From NCBI GenBank assembly GCA_009859145.1, contig VRVR01000001.1, positions 140,463 to 204,462 on the forward strand: DNA of 64,000 nt, given 5' to 3'. Shown one piece after another: positions 19,828-31,764 of this stretch; within the stretch, counting starts at the first letter, position 1; every line of letters begins with the position of its first letter. The notes below the pieces were generated by a model. It was not told the origin of the DNA. It searched no databases and was given only the letters and a program-made list of their open reading frames with translations. A program made the position numbers and the translations under genes. Origin of the DNA: Andalucia godoyi And28 (Eukaryota; Protista; Jakobida).

Positions 19828-21602
19828 ATGCGAAAAAGAGTCATTCCTGCTCTTGACGTTCCATCCGTCACTGCAATTCCGCCGCCTCCGTATGTGTGTT
19901 TATTCCTTTGTCTGCCTCTCCTCCGTCTCTCTCTCTCTCTCTCCTCTCTTTCAAAAACGAATGCTAATGTCTTTTATCATGCAAATGTTGTTGACAATGT
20001 ATGCATATGTGTGTTTGTATGTATGTATATGTATAGTGACAAGAATGCTACGATTGTGATGAGAAAGGGGTCCGGTGTGGATCAATCCCCAGCGTCCAAC
20101 TCGACCACAGAGAGAATACACATCCAGAAGAAGTCCTTTTCTCAGATCATCGAAGAGATCCAGAACGTATGTATTCCCTGTCTACCATTGTATTTTGTGT
20201 GTCCACTAAAAATGAGGAGAGGTCTGTTGCGAGTGCAAGAGAATGATTCCTTGGGTTCTATGGATTGACGTTTTGAACGAGTCTTTTCTCATTTATTGAT
20301 TTTCTTCTTCTGTCTTCACCGATGTTCTAGCTGGATGTATCGAGGGAACGCATTTCACTGAGTGATTTGGAGCAAGTCGGGGGTCCGATTGGATCTGGAG
20401 TTTCTGGATTTGTCGCCAGAGTGTTTTCAAGAAAGACTGGACAGGAATTTGCTCTGAAATACGTTCCGTGTGGAGATGCGGCAAAGTCGGCAGAGTTGGA
20501 GGAAGAACTGGCGGCGTTGCAGGCCACAAAGGACTCGTCTTATTTCCCATTGTACTACGGCGCGTACTGCGAAGACGGATACGTAATGCTGTTGATGGAG
20601 CTTTTTGATTGCGGGTCAATGTATGATTTTGTGGTCAAAGCAGGAATTTGCGTTCCCGAGAACGTCCTTGCGTGCATGACAAATCAGTTGCTGCATGCAC
20701 TTTCATTTATCCATGGAGAGATGGGCCGCATCCATCGCGACATTAAGCCGAGTAATATTCTGTTGAAGTCAGACGGATCAATCAAAATTATTGATTTCGG
20801 AATTTCTGCGCCAATTTCGAACACCGGGACAAGAAAGTCTTTCATCGGAACGTGTGCATACATGGCTCCGGAGCGTCTCGCTGCGAAAGAATACTCACAG
20901 AATGTTGATATCTGGGGACTGGGCGTGACGCTGTATGAGCTTGCAAAGGGCGTCAATCCATACGCAAAGTACCATGCCCAGATTGACATGATGTTGGCAC
21001 TTGTGGACCAAAAACAGGTTCCCAAATTCGAGGCCGCGGACGGCTTTTCCCATTCGTTTATGGAATTTATGGAGCTCTGTACTCGCTACAACAAAGACGA
21101 ACGACCCAGTGCAGATCAGTTGTTGCAGCATGAGTGGGTTCGGTTTGCGGACGATACGAAATGTGTTCGCGATTGGATCAAACAGTATGGACCTCTGTAC
21201 GCTGCAATGTCTCCAGAAATCCTTGTGAGACAGCGGTCTCCGACAAACTTTCGATCCTCTTTCCCTGTTGACGGCTCTCTCTTCATGACGTCTTCGTCTT
21301 CATCGTCAGCAGCGTCGTCAGCAGCGTCTTCTTCGCTGTCCACTCCTCTGGCTGGTTCAGACTGTATGATTCCTCCTTTGAACTTGGTGGTTCACGGATT
21401 TTCTTCTACCGCCTCCATGTCCAGGTCTTTTTCGTCATCCTCCATATCCGGTGGCGAGGGAACACCGCAGCCCGAAGGTGAGCCGCGCAAGGTGTTTGTC
21501 TCGAACCAGAAAATCCCGATTCACCGAACCCGGCATGTTCCTGACCCGACCACATTGCTTGAATCGCCACATTCAACCGAGTCTGTTCCCGGATTCAGTT
21601 GA
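19828..21602 (+). CDS. MAP kinase kinase (STE7/MEK family); exons 19828-19889, 20037-20166, 20331-21602
   Basis: GSGVSGFV, ALKYV, HRDIKPSNILL, IIDFG, SFIGTCAYMAPERL. Both introns are GTATGT..TAG and phase-compatible. The N-terminal MRKRVIPAL resembles a MAPK docking motif. Confidence 0.9.
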
Positions 21603-22039
21603 CTTCCTTTTTTCGATGGTGGTTTTGTTTCTCCCTGACCAACCCCCTCCTTTTCTTTTTTTTTTTTTTTTGAAACGTAATTGGCGTTCAGCAGCAGTTT
21701 GTGTACTTTTTATTTTTCTGTCTTTTGTTTTGTTGTTTGCTTTGTTAATTCCGCACTTCTCCTGCAAGTGCGACACGGATAGACTATTGTTATTATCAAA
21801 CCAGTTTCTCATGTTTTTTTTCCTGCTCGGTATTTTGTTTACATATTCTCTTTCTTTACTGTGTTTTTTCCCCCCCCGTTGTTTGTTGTTGTTGTTGTTG
21901 TTGATGTTGCTGTTCTTGTCGAATTGGAAACGGCTCAACGACCAACCTGACATGTTGGGTACGCACTCCAACTTCGTACAAATCAAATATGAAGAAACAA
22001 TGATTAAAGAAATTATCTTTGCTTTCATTATTGCGAGTC

Positions 22040-23290
22040 CTAAAAAGCAGTCGAGGAATTGAGAGCAAATGTTACACTCAGCGACAACAGCGTCAACACT
22101 ACAGATAGGACTCGGGAAAAGATGCTTCCATCGAAAACGACCCCGTAATGGGAGAGGTGCAGGTTGTCACGAACATAGCCGGCGATGAAAGTCGCGAGCG
22201 GAAGCAATTCATTTTGGTTCTCACTGACAGAGAAGTCGTCCCACACCCGTTCCAGCAAGTGGGTTCCGACGTGGTGAACCTGTGACGCCTTGTATGTGCA
22301 GAGGATTCCAAAGGAAAGGGAATACAACACTGGGAGGAAATGCAGAACGGCGAAAAAGAACAGTGACTGTCGCAATTCGTCCGATGCACGCAACACGGTC
22401 ATGGTGATGAACGCCAGCAAAAAGATGGATGCAAAAAGCAAGGACAAGATGCCGAGCGCCAATCTTCGAGATGCGGCCTGTGCCATATCGCACAAGTTGT
22501 GCAGCAGTGCACCGTCGACAGGATCGCCCATTGACGACTGCAGCAAAATCTGCAGACGATCGGCCGTTCGACAATACAGCAGCAGCGTGATCACCATGGT
22601 CATCAGAGTCGCTCCAAATCGGATTGGACTGAGCACGCATACAGCAATCAATGCAGCACCGCTAACCTTCTTTTCAAGAACGGCAGCAGCAATCAGTGCA
22701 CTCACCTGAATTGAAAATGCAATAAACCACAAGCACAGCGCCTTCCAAACGAGGCTGCGCGCAGCAGTCTCCTCGATTTCCACCAGAAGAGCATCCGCGG
22801 GTTTAGGAATCGCGGGAAAACTCTCGATCTTGCTGAGGAACATGTGTCCAAACCACAGATTTGCCGAGTACATGACATTCAGCAAAAATGCAAAAGTGTT
22901 TAAAATGATGACGTCCGTGATATCCGTAGGTTGCTCGATGCTGGCATTAACACCGAAAACCACATAAAATCCCGTACAAAAGAAGAAAACAACCAAGAAA
23001 ATGTTGAACCAGGCCCATGACAACTGCGGAAGCGTCATTATCTTGATGACAAACTTCATTACGGGGCCGAACCCGGAGAGAAACTCATCGACTGTCTCGG
23101 ATTTGTAATATGCTGAAAAATCGGATTCATGCTCCATCAAGTGCCCTGCAAAGGAATGATACGCAGAACCACGAAGTCTTTTGCCTTTCTTCTTCGACGT
23201 CGCGATTCTCTTCTGCTGGCCACAGTTTCCATTTTCTTCCTCTCCCTTCTTCTTCTTGGCAACCAGCGGCTCTTCCATTTCCTGCATCAT
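22040..23290 (-). CDS. Multi-pass membrane protein; candidate gustatory-receptor-like 7TM ion channel (GRL/7TMIC)
   Basis: About 7 hydrophobic segments. The C-terminal LHLSHYGVVFDGSIFSRVLSVVLTLL parallels the GR TM7a-hairpin-TM7b pattern. Confidence 0.55.
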   Translation of the reverse strand: MMQEMEEPLVAKKKKGEEENGNCGQQKRIATSKKKGKRLRGSAYHSFAGHLMEHESDFSAYYKSETVDEFLSGFGPVMKFVIKIMTLPQLSWAWFNIFLVVFFFCTGFYVVFGVNASIEQPTDITDVIILNTFAFLLNVMYSANLWFGHMFLSKIESFPAIPKPADALLVEIEETAARSLVWKALCLWFIAFSIQVSALIAAAVLEKKVSGAALIAVCVLSPIRFGATLMTMVITLLLYCRTADRLQILLQSSMGDPVDGALLHNLCDMAQAASRRLALGILSLLFASIFLLAFITMTVLRASDELRQSLFFFAVLHFLPVLYSLSFGILCTYKASQVHHVGTHLLERVWDDFSVSENQNELLPLATFIAGYVRDNLHLSHYGVVFDGSIFSRVLSVVLTLLSLSVTFALNSSTAF

Positions 23291-24227
23291 TGTGACTCGG
23301 CAATCAGCCCACACACTCTCTGTGTCTCTCTTTCTCTGTTCAAACCTCAGCAAACCCTGGACTCTCCAAAATCATCATCACGAATGCATGCACCCCCTCC
23401 TAGTCTCTCTCTCTCTCCCTCCCATTTCCCAGTCTTCTCTCTTGGTCGTCTACAGCAGCTTCGGTCTGAGGAAAAAAGCTGGGCCGGGATCCGCACGGTC
23501 GCAAAGTATCGACGTGTTTCCAAAACGATTCGTGTCTCTCAGCGGGGAATTCAAAGTCTCCGACGACCAATAGCGGGGAAAAACATTCAAGGGAACTTCC
23601 AGTCGTCAACTAAAGCTTTGCAATAGTAAACGTGGAAACAACCGGAACCGGAAATGTACTCTTTTCTCCTTCTTCTCCTTCTTCTTCTCCTTCTCCTTCT
23701 TCTCCTTCCTCTTCTCTTCGATTACGAGGGTGTCTCATTTTTTCAGGAAAGACAGAACACATCGAGGAAAAGAGACGATCGGGTTTTTTTCACATTTTTT
23801 TTTGTTTTTTTGTTTTTGTTTTTACTGTTCTTCTTCCTCTTTTTTTTAAATTCCTTTTATAACTGCATTCTTTCCTGCATTCTGACGCTTGCTCTGGCTT
23901 TCCACCGGGTTTTGAACACATCATAGGAACGCTTCCGTGAATCCTCTTTCTCTTGTGAAACGCTGAGAACCAACCAACATCTTCAGCAACAGCAACAACA
24001 GCAGCAACAGCAACGACAAAAGGCAAACAGAAACTAGCGCAGAAAACCAAACAGTGAGCAGTCTGTTTGAAACTTTTTTCTTCGTTTTTTTTTTTTGATC
24101 TTTTCTTCTCAGTTGATCGTTTTGTGTTTTCCCTCCACCTCTTTCCTTCCTTCTCTTTCACTTCTTTACTTTTCGATTTCAGAAAAGAAAGAGATCTTTG
24201 ATTGCATATCGGAAAAAAAGGGATAAG

Positions 24228-25268
24228 ATGTCGTCGCTTTCGTCTTCAATCTACTCGGAGCACAGTTCGACAGTTCCTGCCCCTGCGATTCGACAGCAGT
24301 ATGAAATCATGATGCGGGGGTTGCTTACGGCCCAGCGAGACGCGCGTCACAAAGAACTGTGCTTGCAGAATGCTCTGGCTCGCGTACGAGCACTAGTACG
24401 CACGCTTCAATCGTCTGGTACGTCGGAGTCTTACTCGGTCATTCTGAGCGCGTCGGAGCTTGCAGACAAGCTGAACCAGCTGGAAAACGCGCTTTCGGAA
24501 GAAATTGCACAACCCATCAATCCCAGAAACCGATCATCCGTCTCGCATTCGCAAAACCATGCGTACTCGCAAAGCCACAGCCAGAATCACACTCAGAGCC
24601 AGAACCATGGAAATGGAAACTTGCACGTGAATGTTGGGACCGCCGTCGCTGCTGGTGGCGGGACGAATAATGCAATGTATTCGCATCCTTTGCGGTGCTA
24701 TGAAGCTGCAAACAGTTCAGCTGCATCGTCTCCCTGTGGAACACCATCATCGTCGTTTACGTCGAATGACCCGAACGACGACAGACGATCCATGGATTCT
24801 GAACAGCACAGCGATCGGTACAATTACTATGATGACGAACTGGATTATGATCATGCCGATGCTATTGTGGCGAGGGAAATCCGGCTTGTCGATGAGATTA
24901 ACCGACTTTATGCAGAGAACGGAAAGCTTCGAGAAGAGCGCCACGCAAGAAGAAGATCGACTGAGACGCAAACGAATCGGGTTCCGTTGCTGGAATGGAT
25001 CCTCCCCATGTGGGATGCCTTTGGGTGCGTGTTCTCCATGCTTGGAACGTTCTTCCAGAGATTGTTCAGGTATCGCTACAAACAAGATCCCGGTGTCATG
25101 TCATCTTCGTCTGAATTTTCGAATCCTCTGGTCGGACTGCAGCCCGGAAGCTTGTGCTGCCCAGATGACGACGACGATGACGACTCGGGGTCCGGGTTGG
25201 GCGCTGGGGCTTGCACATTTAACGACTTTGTTCCGGGACAAAACCAGGCCAATCATGCTCTGGTTTGA
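24228..25268 (+). CDS. Hypothetical protein with coiled-coil segments
   Basis: 346-aa ORF from ATG 24228 with heptad-like stretches; no family recognised. Confidence 0.65.
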   Translation: MSSLSSSIYSEHSSTVPAPAIRQQYEIMMRGLLTAQRDARHKELCLQNALARVRALVRTLQSSGTSESYSVILSASELADKLNQLENALSEEIAQPINPRNRSSVSHSQNHAYSQSHSQNHTQSQNHGNGNLHVNVGTAVAAGGGTNNAMYSHPLRCYEAANSSAASSPCGTPSSSFTSNDPNDDRRSMDSEQHSDRYNYYDDELDYDHADAIVAREIRLVDEINRLYAENGKLREERHARRRSTETQTNRVPLLEWILPMWDAFGCVFSMLGTFFQRLFRYRYKQDPGVMSSSSEFSNPLVGLQPGSLCCPDDDDDDDSGSGLGAGACTFNDFVPGQNQANHALV

Positions 25269-25688
25269 CGTTCGGTTGCTCGGTTGCTGCTTGTTTTTGT
25301 TTCAGCTGTAGAATCTCTCTCTGTTTCTCTCCGTGTCGGTTTTTTTGCTCTTTCGTTTCCTGATTCGGTTGCTTCGTTTGGTCTTTCGACACCCCCTTGT
25401 TTTACCACGCAAGCACTCCGTCTTCCCTCCCAATCCGCTATTCTCCGAGGGGAAGCAACGGTGCGCAGAGTCCTGCAGAATGACAACAAACCAAGGACGA
25501 TTCCACTGTATCTACATATCAAAGCTTGCCTGTACCACGTAATTGTATGTAATGTGTATTCACGAATGACGACCTGCTCTATTAATTTAAACCATGCCCA
25601 CGTTTTCTTAGTTGTCTCTCACGAGGAATGCAGAAAGAAAGAAAGAAGAAAAAACGGAAATCAGGGCAAAAAACACATCATGACGCCA

Positions 25689-26831
25689 TCACTTCATCAG
25701 AAGAGAGCGTTTGCCAGAAGGTGGCTCTGGAGACGGCAGTCCATGATGCCAGAGATCGCGATCCCTTCTCTTTTCTCCCGAAGTGACTTGCAAGTTGGAC
25801 ACCATTTCAGATGGGGTGCTTTGCACGGACCGCGCGACCTTGGCCTTCATCGGAAGCACGACGCCCTCTGGACCAGATGTCACGAGCAGCAACGCCTCCA
25901 TTTCCTTTTCAGACAGCATCGTCTTACACTTGTGAGGCAGCGGAAGGTCTTGTGAAAGCGTTGCGGCTGGTGGTTCTCTAAAGTACGGATGCTGAAGGGC
26001 CTCTTGCGCAGAAATGCGATCCAAAGGGTTGTATCGAAGCAGACGGCTCGCAAGATCAATGGTTGCGTTCGAAAACCCAGCCAGATACCTCGAAAGCGGA
26101 ACTTTTGCACGAGATTCAAAGACAGCATAATTTGGCAACAAGATCATGTCTGGCCACTCTTCTTCTGTTGGGCTGCCCAAGGCAGCAACGATCATTTGCA
26201 GCTGTTCCAAGTCCGTGCTTCCAGCGAACAGCGGCGCACGAAGCAGCATCTCCATAAAGATGCATCCTACCGACCACATATCAGCCGCTGTTCCATACCG
26301 CTCGGCACCGAAAAGCAACTCGGGAGGTCTGTACCATCTCGTAAAGGCATGTGCTGTCATTCTCCGCGACGGCGACCCAATGACCTTCGCGAGACCAAAA
26401 TCGCCAATTGCAATTTCATTAGTGACGGGCATCATGAGCAAGTTTCCAGGCTTTAAATCCCGATGCAGAATCAAATTTTCATGAAGGTACGAAACTCCCT
26501 GAAGGATTTGATTCAAGTATGTTTTGATGTGTGCTGCAGTAAACGGAATCGAGACATCCCGTATCATCGATTCGAGATCCGTGAGACCAAAGTCAAAAAC
26601 CAGGTAGCATGTGGACTTGTGATAGAAAACGCGCTGTAGTCGAACCACGTTCTTATGAGACAGTTCTTTCAACAAGTGAATTTCACGAACTGCAGAAAAC
26701 GGGATTCCGGAATCGTTTGAAATATTGATCTTTTTCACTGCAACTGGGCATCCTGTCTCTAGATCAAGCATGCGGTACACTTTACCATAAGAACCTGCTC
26801 CAACAACGGACTGCTTGACATATCGCTCCAT
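25689..26831 (-). CDS. CDK7: Cyclin-dependent kinase, CDK7/CAK-like
   Basis: GAGSYGKV, GIPFSAVREIHLLKELSH, HRDLKPGNLL, DFGLAKVIGSPSRRMT, TRWYRPPELLFGA. Confidence 0.8.
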   Translation of the reverse strand: MERYVKQSVVGAGSYGKVYRMLDLETGCPVAVKKINISNDSGIPFSAVREIHLLKELSHKNVVRLQRVFYHKSTCYLVFDFGLTDLESMIRDVSIPFTAAHIKTYLNQILQGVSYLHENLILHRDLKPGNLLMMPVTNEIAIGDFGLAKVIGSPSRRMTAHAFTRWYRPPELLFGAERYGTAADMWSVGCIFMEMLLRAPLFAGSTDLEQLQMIVAALGSPTEEEWPDMILLPNYAVFESRAKVPLSRYLAGFSNATIDLASRLLRYNPLDRISAQEALQHPYFREPPAATLSQDLPLPHKCKTMLSEKEMEALLLVTSGPEGVVLPMKAKVARSVQSTPSEMVSNLQVTSGEKRRDRDLWHHGLPSPEPPSGKRSLLMK

Positions 26832-27282
26832 CCCGACGTATCACGGCCCCAATCTCGGGATAAAAAAACAGCAAACACGGATGCAAACGAAGAAGAAGAA
26901 AATCAGAAAAGAACGATAGCATAAACGAAACAGTGAGGAACGCAGACCTCGCTGGTAGCCTTTTCTTTTTCCTGAAGCAGCAAGCATCAACCCTTAAGAA
27001 ATGTTCTTCCTGCTGTACTGTTGCAGCCAAAACTTTTCGTTTGACCGTTTTATTACTAACATATCAACCAAAGCTCTTTTGTTTTGGTTTTTGGTCGTTG
27101 TTCTGAACCTTTTTCTTTTTCTTCGCCCGTTTCCCACCGCCTGCCCCCCCCTCTGATAGAAGTACCTTTTTTTCCTCTTGTTTTCCTTCCCTCACGACCT
27201 AGGCCCTCTCGCCCTCTCACCCCACACCCGACCCCTCGCCGTCCGCTTCCCTTCTGCCAAACCTCGTCCTCCCGATCTCACG

Positions 27283-29871
27283 ATGGCCTTTGTGTACGCC
27301 GTCAAGATTAAAGATGGTCTTTTCATAGGCAATGCGGAGGCTTCTCGAGACATTGAATTCCTGTCCAATAACAAGATCTCGCATTTGATCAACTGTGCTG
27401 CATTGGAAGTTCCCAACTCATTGCAGGTGTACGGCTTTCGATATCTGTCTTATCCTTGGCGCGACTCGGACTCGACAATTATTCTAGACGCACAAGACAG
27501 AAATGTCAGCGAGTTTGTGAAGTTCATTGAGCGGTGTCTGCAAAAGGCGGAAGGATGCCTTATCTTTTCCGTGAATGGCCAGTCGCGATCCGTCTGTGTC
27601 TGCCTTGCTTACCTGATGAGGCATTACCAGTGGAGACTGCAATCTGCCTACGACTTTGTAAGAACGTTCCATCCGGAAATGGACATTCGTGCGTCGTTTT
27701 TGAGACAGTTGAAGGCGTTTGACCAAAGAGTATTCGCTAAATTTGCGAAGAAGGACGCCAAGATGGATATTTTCCAATTGACTGAGCAGTTTGGGGACGT
27801 TCCTCATGAGGAAGTTGACGAAGAACAGATTGTGTTACGAAACACATTTATGAACGCTCTGCTTGTGGATGCATCACAAGTGCAGGACAAGAGACCTGCA
27901 TCTGCAAGTGCGCGAAGCAAAAAGCTGATTTGGGCCGAGCCTGTGGATCGAGACATCATGCAAAATCAGCCGTCGCATCCAAGGCATGCCATCCATCAGC
28001 ATGTTCGTCCTGTCACAGCATTTCCGGCGAATAGAGTGACGTTTCGAGATGATAGCAAGAAGAATGGCGCCGAGATACCATCTCACAGTAGTGTCGCTTC
28101 CAGCTCCTCCAACCTCGCAACCAACAACAGCACCGCTGCTTCGTCCAATTCCTTGTCTTCTTCTTTTGGAAGTGTTTCTTCAAGTACAACGTCGTTGTCC
28201 TCGATGCAGACGTCCAACAATGCAATATCCCAAGGCTGGACCTCGGGTTCCTTCGTGTCGTCTGGTTCTGCGGTGGCACCTGTCAGTGCAGCTCAACCGT
28301 CGTTTGATGGATCGCAGAGCTTTTCTCGACCTTCATCGTCGGTGCCAATACCCACCCAGAGTTATGCAAACGACACAGAGGACAGTTTACAGGGCTTGCA
28401 ACCCCGGCCGCCATCTTCCATGCCGTCGCCGTCAGGTAGACCTGTGCAGCCACAAAAATGGGCCGCACCACGCACTGGAGGCTTGCTAAAACCGTCTGCA
28501 GATACGTTTCAGCCGTCATCGCTAGCATCGTCTGCGAATGGCACTGCTTCGCAGCCTATGTACTCGTCAATTAGCTTATCTTCGTCATATTCGAACTCTT
28601 CCGCTGCATCCTCCGTCGCGAGTGCTCCTCCGTCGCAACTGATCAACGCTGGTTCTCGGCCGTCAAGTGCGGAGTCGTCCACTGCGCCTGGCCCTCGCCT
28701 GGGCCCGTCTGGTGCCAATCCTGGTGCATCCAGTTCGTCGTCTACTGCGACGCCCTCTATTTCGTTGTTGTCACGTATGTCGACGCCTTTGTCAGCGCAG
28801 TCGAATTCTTCTTCTCAGATGAGTGTTCAATCTGCCCCGCAGTCGTTTTCGACTTCCTCATCCGCCCCGACGTCTGCAGGCCCGTCCGAATCGAGCGCAT
28901 TCTTCTCATCTTCGGTGTCTTCGTCTGCAGGAAATGCCCAGACGGGCGTCCGCGCTCCTTCTCCCTCTTCGCGCTTGATGATCCGCACTGGAACGAACCA
29001 GCCCGTGCAGCAGCCTGTCCAGCCACGTGTTATGGTCGGGGGGTTCAGAGCTCCTTCTCCTGCGCCAAGAGGCCAGCCGTCTCCGACGGCATTTGGAACC
29101 ACCATGTCGTTTTCCAGCTCTGGGATGCCTCCGTCCTCTCAGCAATCTGGGACGAGTAGTTTTTCGTCCTCGGCATCAATGTCCCAGTCACAGGCGCCTT
29201 TCCCGTCTTCCGCATCGGTCACCAGTCTTGGCGCATCGGCCACCTCGTCGACTGCTGCGTCCTTGTCGAACGGAGTATCGACTTCGACAAGTGGACCTGC
29301 TTCCATTTTTGTTCGCCGCAATCCGACGCCAATGCAAGTTCGTCCAGGGCAGCAACAACAGCCGCAACAGCCGCAGCAGCCACAAGCACAATCGCAGCAG
29401 CAGCAAAACACCACAGCGCAGCCCGTGCAGCTGCAACAGAGGCCGAAGAGTGCATCGGACACTGTGAAAAAGCGTGTGACGTCTGGCCCTGTTGCGTATT
29501 CGCAATCCATTGTGTCCTCGTTGCGTTCGTCAATTGGTCCCGATGATTTGGCGTTTATGCGGCGGAATGCCCTGGATCGACCAGCGAGTGCTCCAAGACC
29601 GTCGACAACCAGCGGTTCTCTTGTGTCAGATCTGAGCAATTTATCGATGTTGGACGCATCCAACAGTTCCGATGCAGCAGACAGGAAGCGCAAGAAGAAG
29701 AAGACCAAGACCAAGACCGATGACGTCGTCAGCAGGCTGTTCCGTCCTACTGCCAGTTTTCTGTCCAAAACGTCGGTAACGACGACGACTCCCCAGTCAT
29801 TTAGTCTTTCTGGTCTGCGATCGTCGACTGTGGTTCCTGTTGGTACCACGCAGACTGTTACCCGTCTCTAA
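27283..29871 (+). CDS. Dual-specificity phosphatase-fold protein (likely pseudophosphatase) with a long Ser/Pro/Gln-rich tail
   Basis: KIKDGLFIGN, ISHLINCA, WRDSDST, LIFSVNGQSRS..CLAYLM. The HC of HCxxGxSRS is replaced by FS. Confidence 0.85.
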   Translation: MAFVYAVKIKDGLFIGNAEASRDIEFLSNNKISHLINCAALEVPNSLQVYGFRYLSYPWRDSDSTIILDAQDRNVSEFVKFIERCLQKAEGCLIFSVNGQSRSVCVCLAYLMRHYQWRLQSAYDFVRTFHPEMDIRASFLRQLKAFDQRVFAKFAKKDAKMDIFQLTEQFGDVPHEEVDEEQIVLRNTFMNALLVDASQVQDKRPASASARSKKLIWAEPVDRDIMQNQPSHPRHAIHQHVRPVTAFPANRVTFRDDSKKNGAEIPSHSSVASSSSNLATNNSTAASSNSLSSSFGSVSSSTTSLSSMQTSNNAISQGWTSGSFVSSGSAVAPVSAAQPSFDGSQSFSRPSSSVPIPTQSYANDTEDSLQGLQPRPPSSMPSPSGRPVQPQKWAAPRTGGLLKPSADTFQPSSLASSANGTASQPMYSSISLSSSYSNSSAASSVASAPPSQLINAGSRPSSAESSTAPGPRLGPSGANPGASSSSSTATPSISLLSRMSTPLSAQSNSSSQMSVQSAPQSFSTSSSAPTSAGPSESSAFFSSSVSSSAGNAQTGVRAPSPSSRLMIRTGTNQPVQQPVQPRVMVGGFRAPSPAPRGQPSPTAFGTTMSFSSSGMPPSSQQSGTSSFSSSASMSQSQAPFPSSASVTSLGASATSSTAASLSNGVSTSTSGPASIFVRRNPTPMQVRPGQQQQPQQPQQPQAQSQQQQNTTAQPVQLQQRPKSASDTVKKRVTSGPVAYSQSIVSSLRSSIGPDDLAFMRRNALDRPASAPRPSTTSGSLVSDLSNLSMLDASNSSDAADRKRKKKKTKTKTDDVVSRLFRPTASFLSKTSVTTTTPQSFSLSGLRSSTVVPVGTTQTVTRL

Positions 29872-30086
29872 AGTCTTCTAGACCTCCAGAGCCAACGCTC
29901 AACGCAATAGATTTTCACTGACCATTATTGTATAAAATGTAACGATAGGCTACGCGCATTCCTTTATCAAAATACAAGTGCCGATATTCCACAAAAATAA
30001 CAAAAAACGTCCTGAGAGAAAAAGACGAGATACGACAATATTCAAACAACAGCGGATGCAGAATATATAGGTTCAAACGACCGGCT

Positions 30087-31221
30087 TCATCGACGATACA
30101 AGGACCGTCGATGCGACCAGTATCTCGATCGCACACCATCCAGAGTGACTAGTTGATCACACAATTCGGCACATTGCATCCGAATTTCTACCGTATCTGA
30201 CATACTGGCGTCCGAAAACAGCTGCAACTTTGCAGAAATTGCAGGAATACAGTGTGGGTTCGTTGCAAGGACGCTAGACACGAGATCCAACACGTGCTTG
30301 TACTGCTCGCGTGTTCCAGACCTGCAAATTCCTTGCAAGTAATTCCACACACTCTCGTTATTGGGTGCCTTTTCTATCATGGTGAATACGTAGGTGATCT
30401 CCGCGAGAAGCAACGCACTCTGCGTCAGCTTGTGTGTTCGCTGCAAACACCAGAAGCGGTGGTTCCAAGCCGAGTTGTTTCTTACATCCTGCTCGATAAA
30501 TTCCGCAGTTAACCCAAGAGACTCCTCCCACTTCCCCGAAAACTCCACAAGCCATTGTAAATACGACCACGCATGATAGTTTTTCGAGTCCTCGGCCAGC
30601 TGCCGTTTGACAAAAGGAATGTCATGCGGGTCGGACTGCCCGTACCGTTCCTTGAGCAACTGCATATGGTGCCATACTTGGTAATTCTTTGGATTTTCTT
30701 CAATCATCGAGGCAGTAAACTTCATTTCCGCAGAAAGATCAAGCCCAAGCTGGAATATAATTCTCCTTCGAAACGTCCACACCGTGTAATTTGCAGGATT
30801 CAGCCGAACCGCATCTGTCGTCAAATTGAATGCGCGAAGCGATACCTCTTCACTCCGAATAATGGCTCTCATGTAATCCATCACATCCTTAACTAAACCC
30901 CCCCAAGAATACAAAAAATACAACAACAACAGCCCACCAAAAAAAACAAAAAAAAAAACACGTCAGCAAAAGAAGTGTGCTAGCCAATGCAAATACAAAG
31001 GACAACAACAACCGCAGCAACAACATCGTCATCATCAACACCGTTATCATTATTCACAACTGCGAAAAAGGAACAGCCATGACAGGAGGAAAGGAGAAAA
31101 AAAGAAGGGACATACATTCTTCACTGTACGAAATCGGAACAAGAGCATCCGGCCCCTCTTCCTGATAGATAGGAACCACATCTTTCCATTCTGAACGCTG
31201 TGCATACGAAATGTGGCTCAT
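30087..31221 (-). CDS. FNTA: Protein farnesyltransferase/GGTase-I alpha subunit; exons 31221-31116, 30892-30087
   Basis: EWKDVVPI, YSEE-FKDVMDY, NPANYTVW, PKNYQVWHH, SKNYHAWSY, DVRNNSAWNHR, APNNESVWNYL. Confidence 0.95.
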
Positions 31222-31718
31222 GGCTGATAGCGATATCGACTCGTGAGTGCCAAGAACTCCTTCTTTATTAAAAAGTTTATGCGGCGGGGGGAACATAAAC
31301 AAATTCGAGAAGCTCGGTATTATACCTTGCAACCCAAAACCTCTCTCCAACACATTGTCTCGCATGCTGCGCCTCAAGCAGATTATTTGGCGTAAAGTGA
31401 CGTTTACAGTCAGCATCAGCGCCCATCCAATGAAGTTCTCCTTTTGAGTGGGACATCCGTGGTGTCTGCGCACCTCAAAACAGAAACAACCTATTTTCCT
31501 GTTCAGAGCTCTCGAATGGATCAATGAGTGCATTCGTTAGAACCGTTTGGACTTTGGGAACCGTGGGAAACTAGGGGTTTCAACGAGCTTCACTGTTTGC
31601 CGTTCCGCATTTTTTATCCACTTGTTCATTCTCTCTCTCTCTTTCTCGATCTTTCATTCTCTGTTTCAATCGAGCGGATATTGCATCGATTGTTGATTGA
31701 AAATGGTGTGCGCCACAC

Positions 31719-31764
<46 letters not shown>

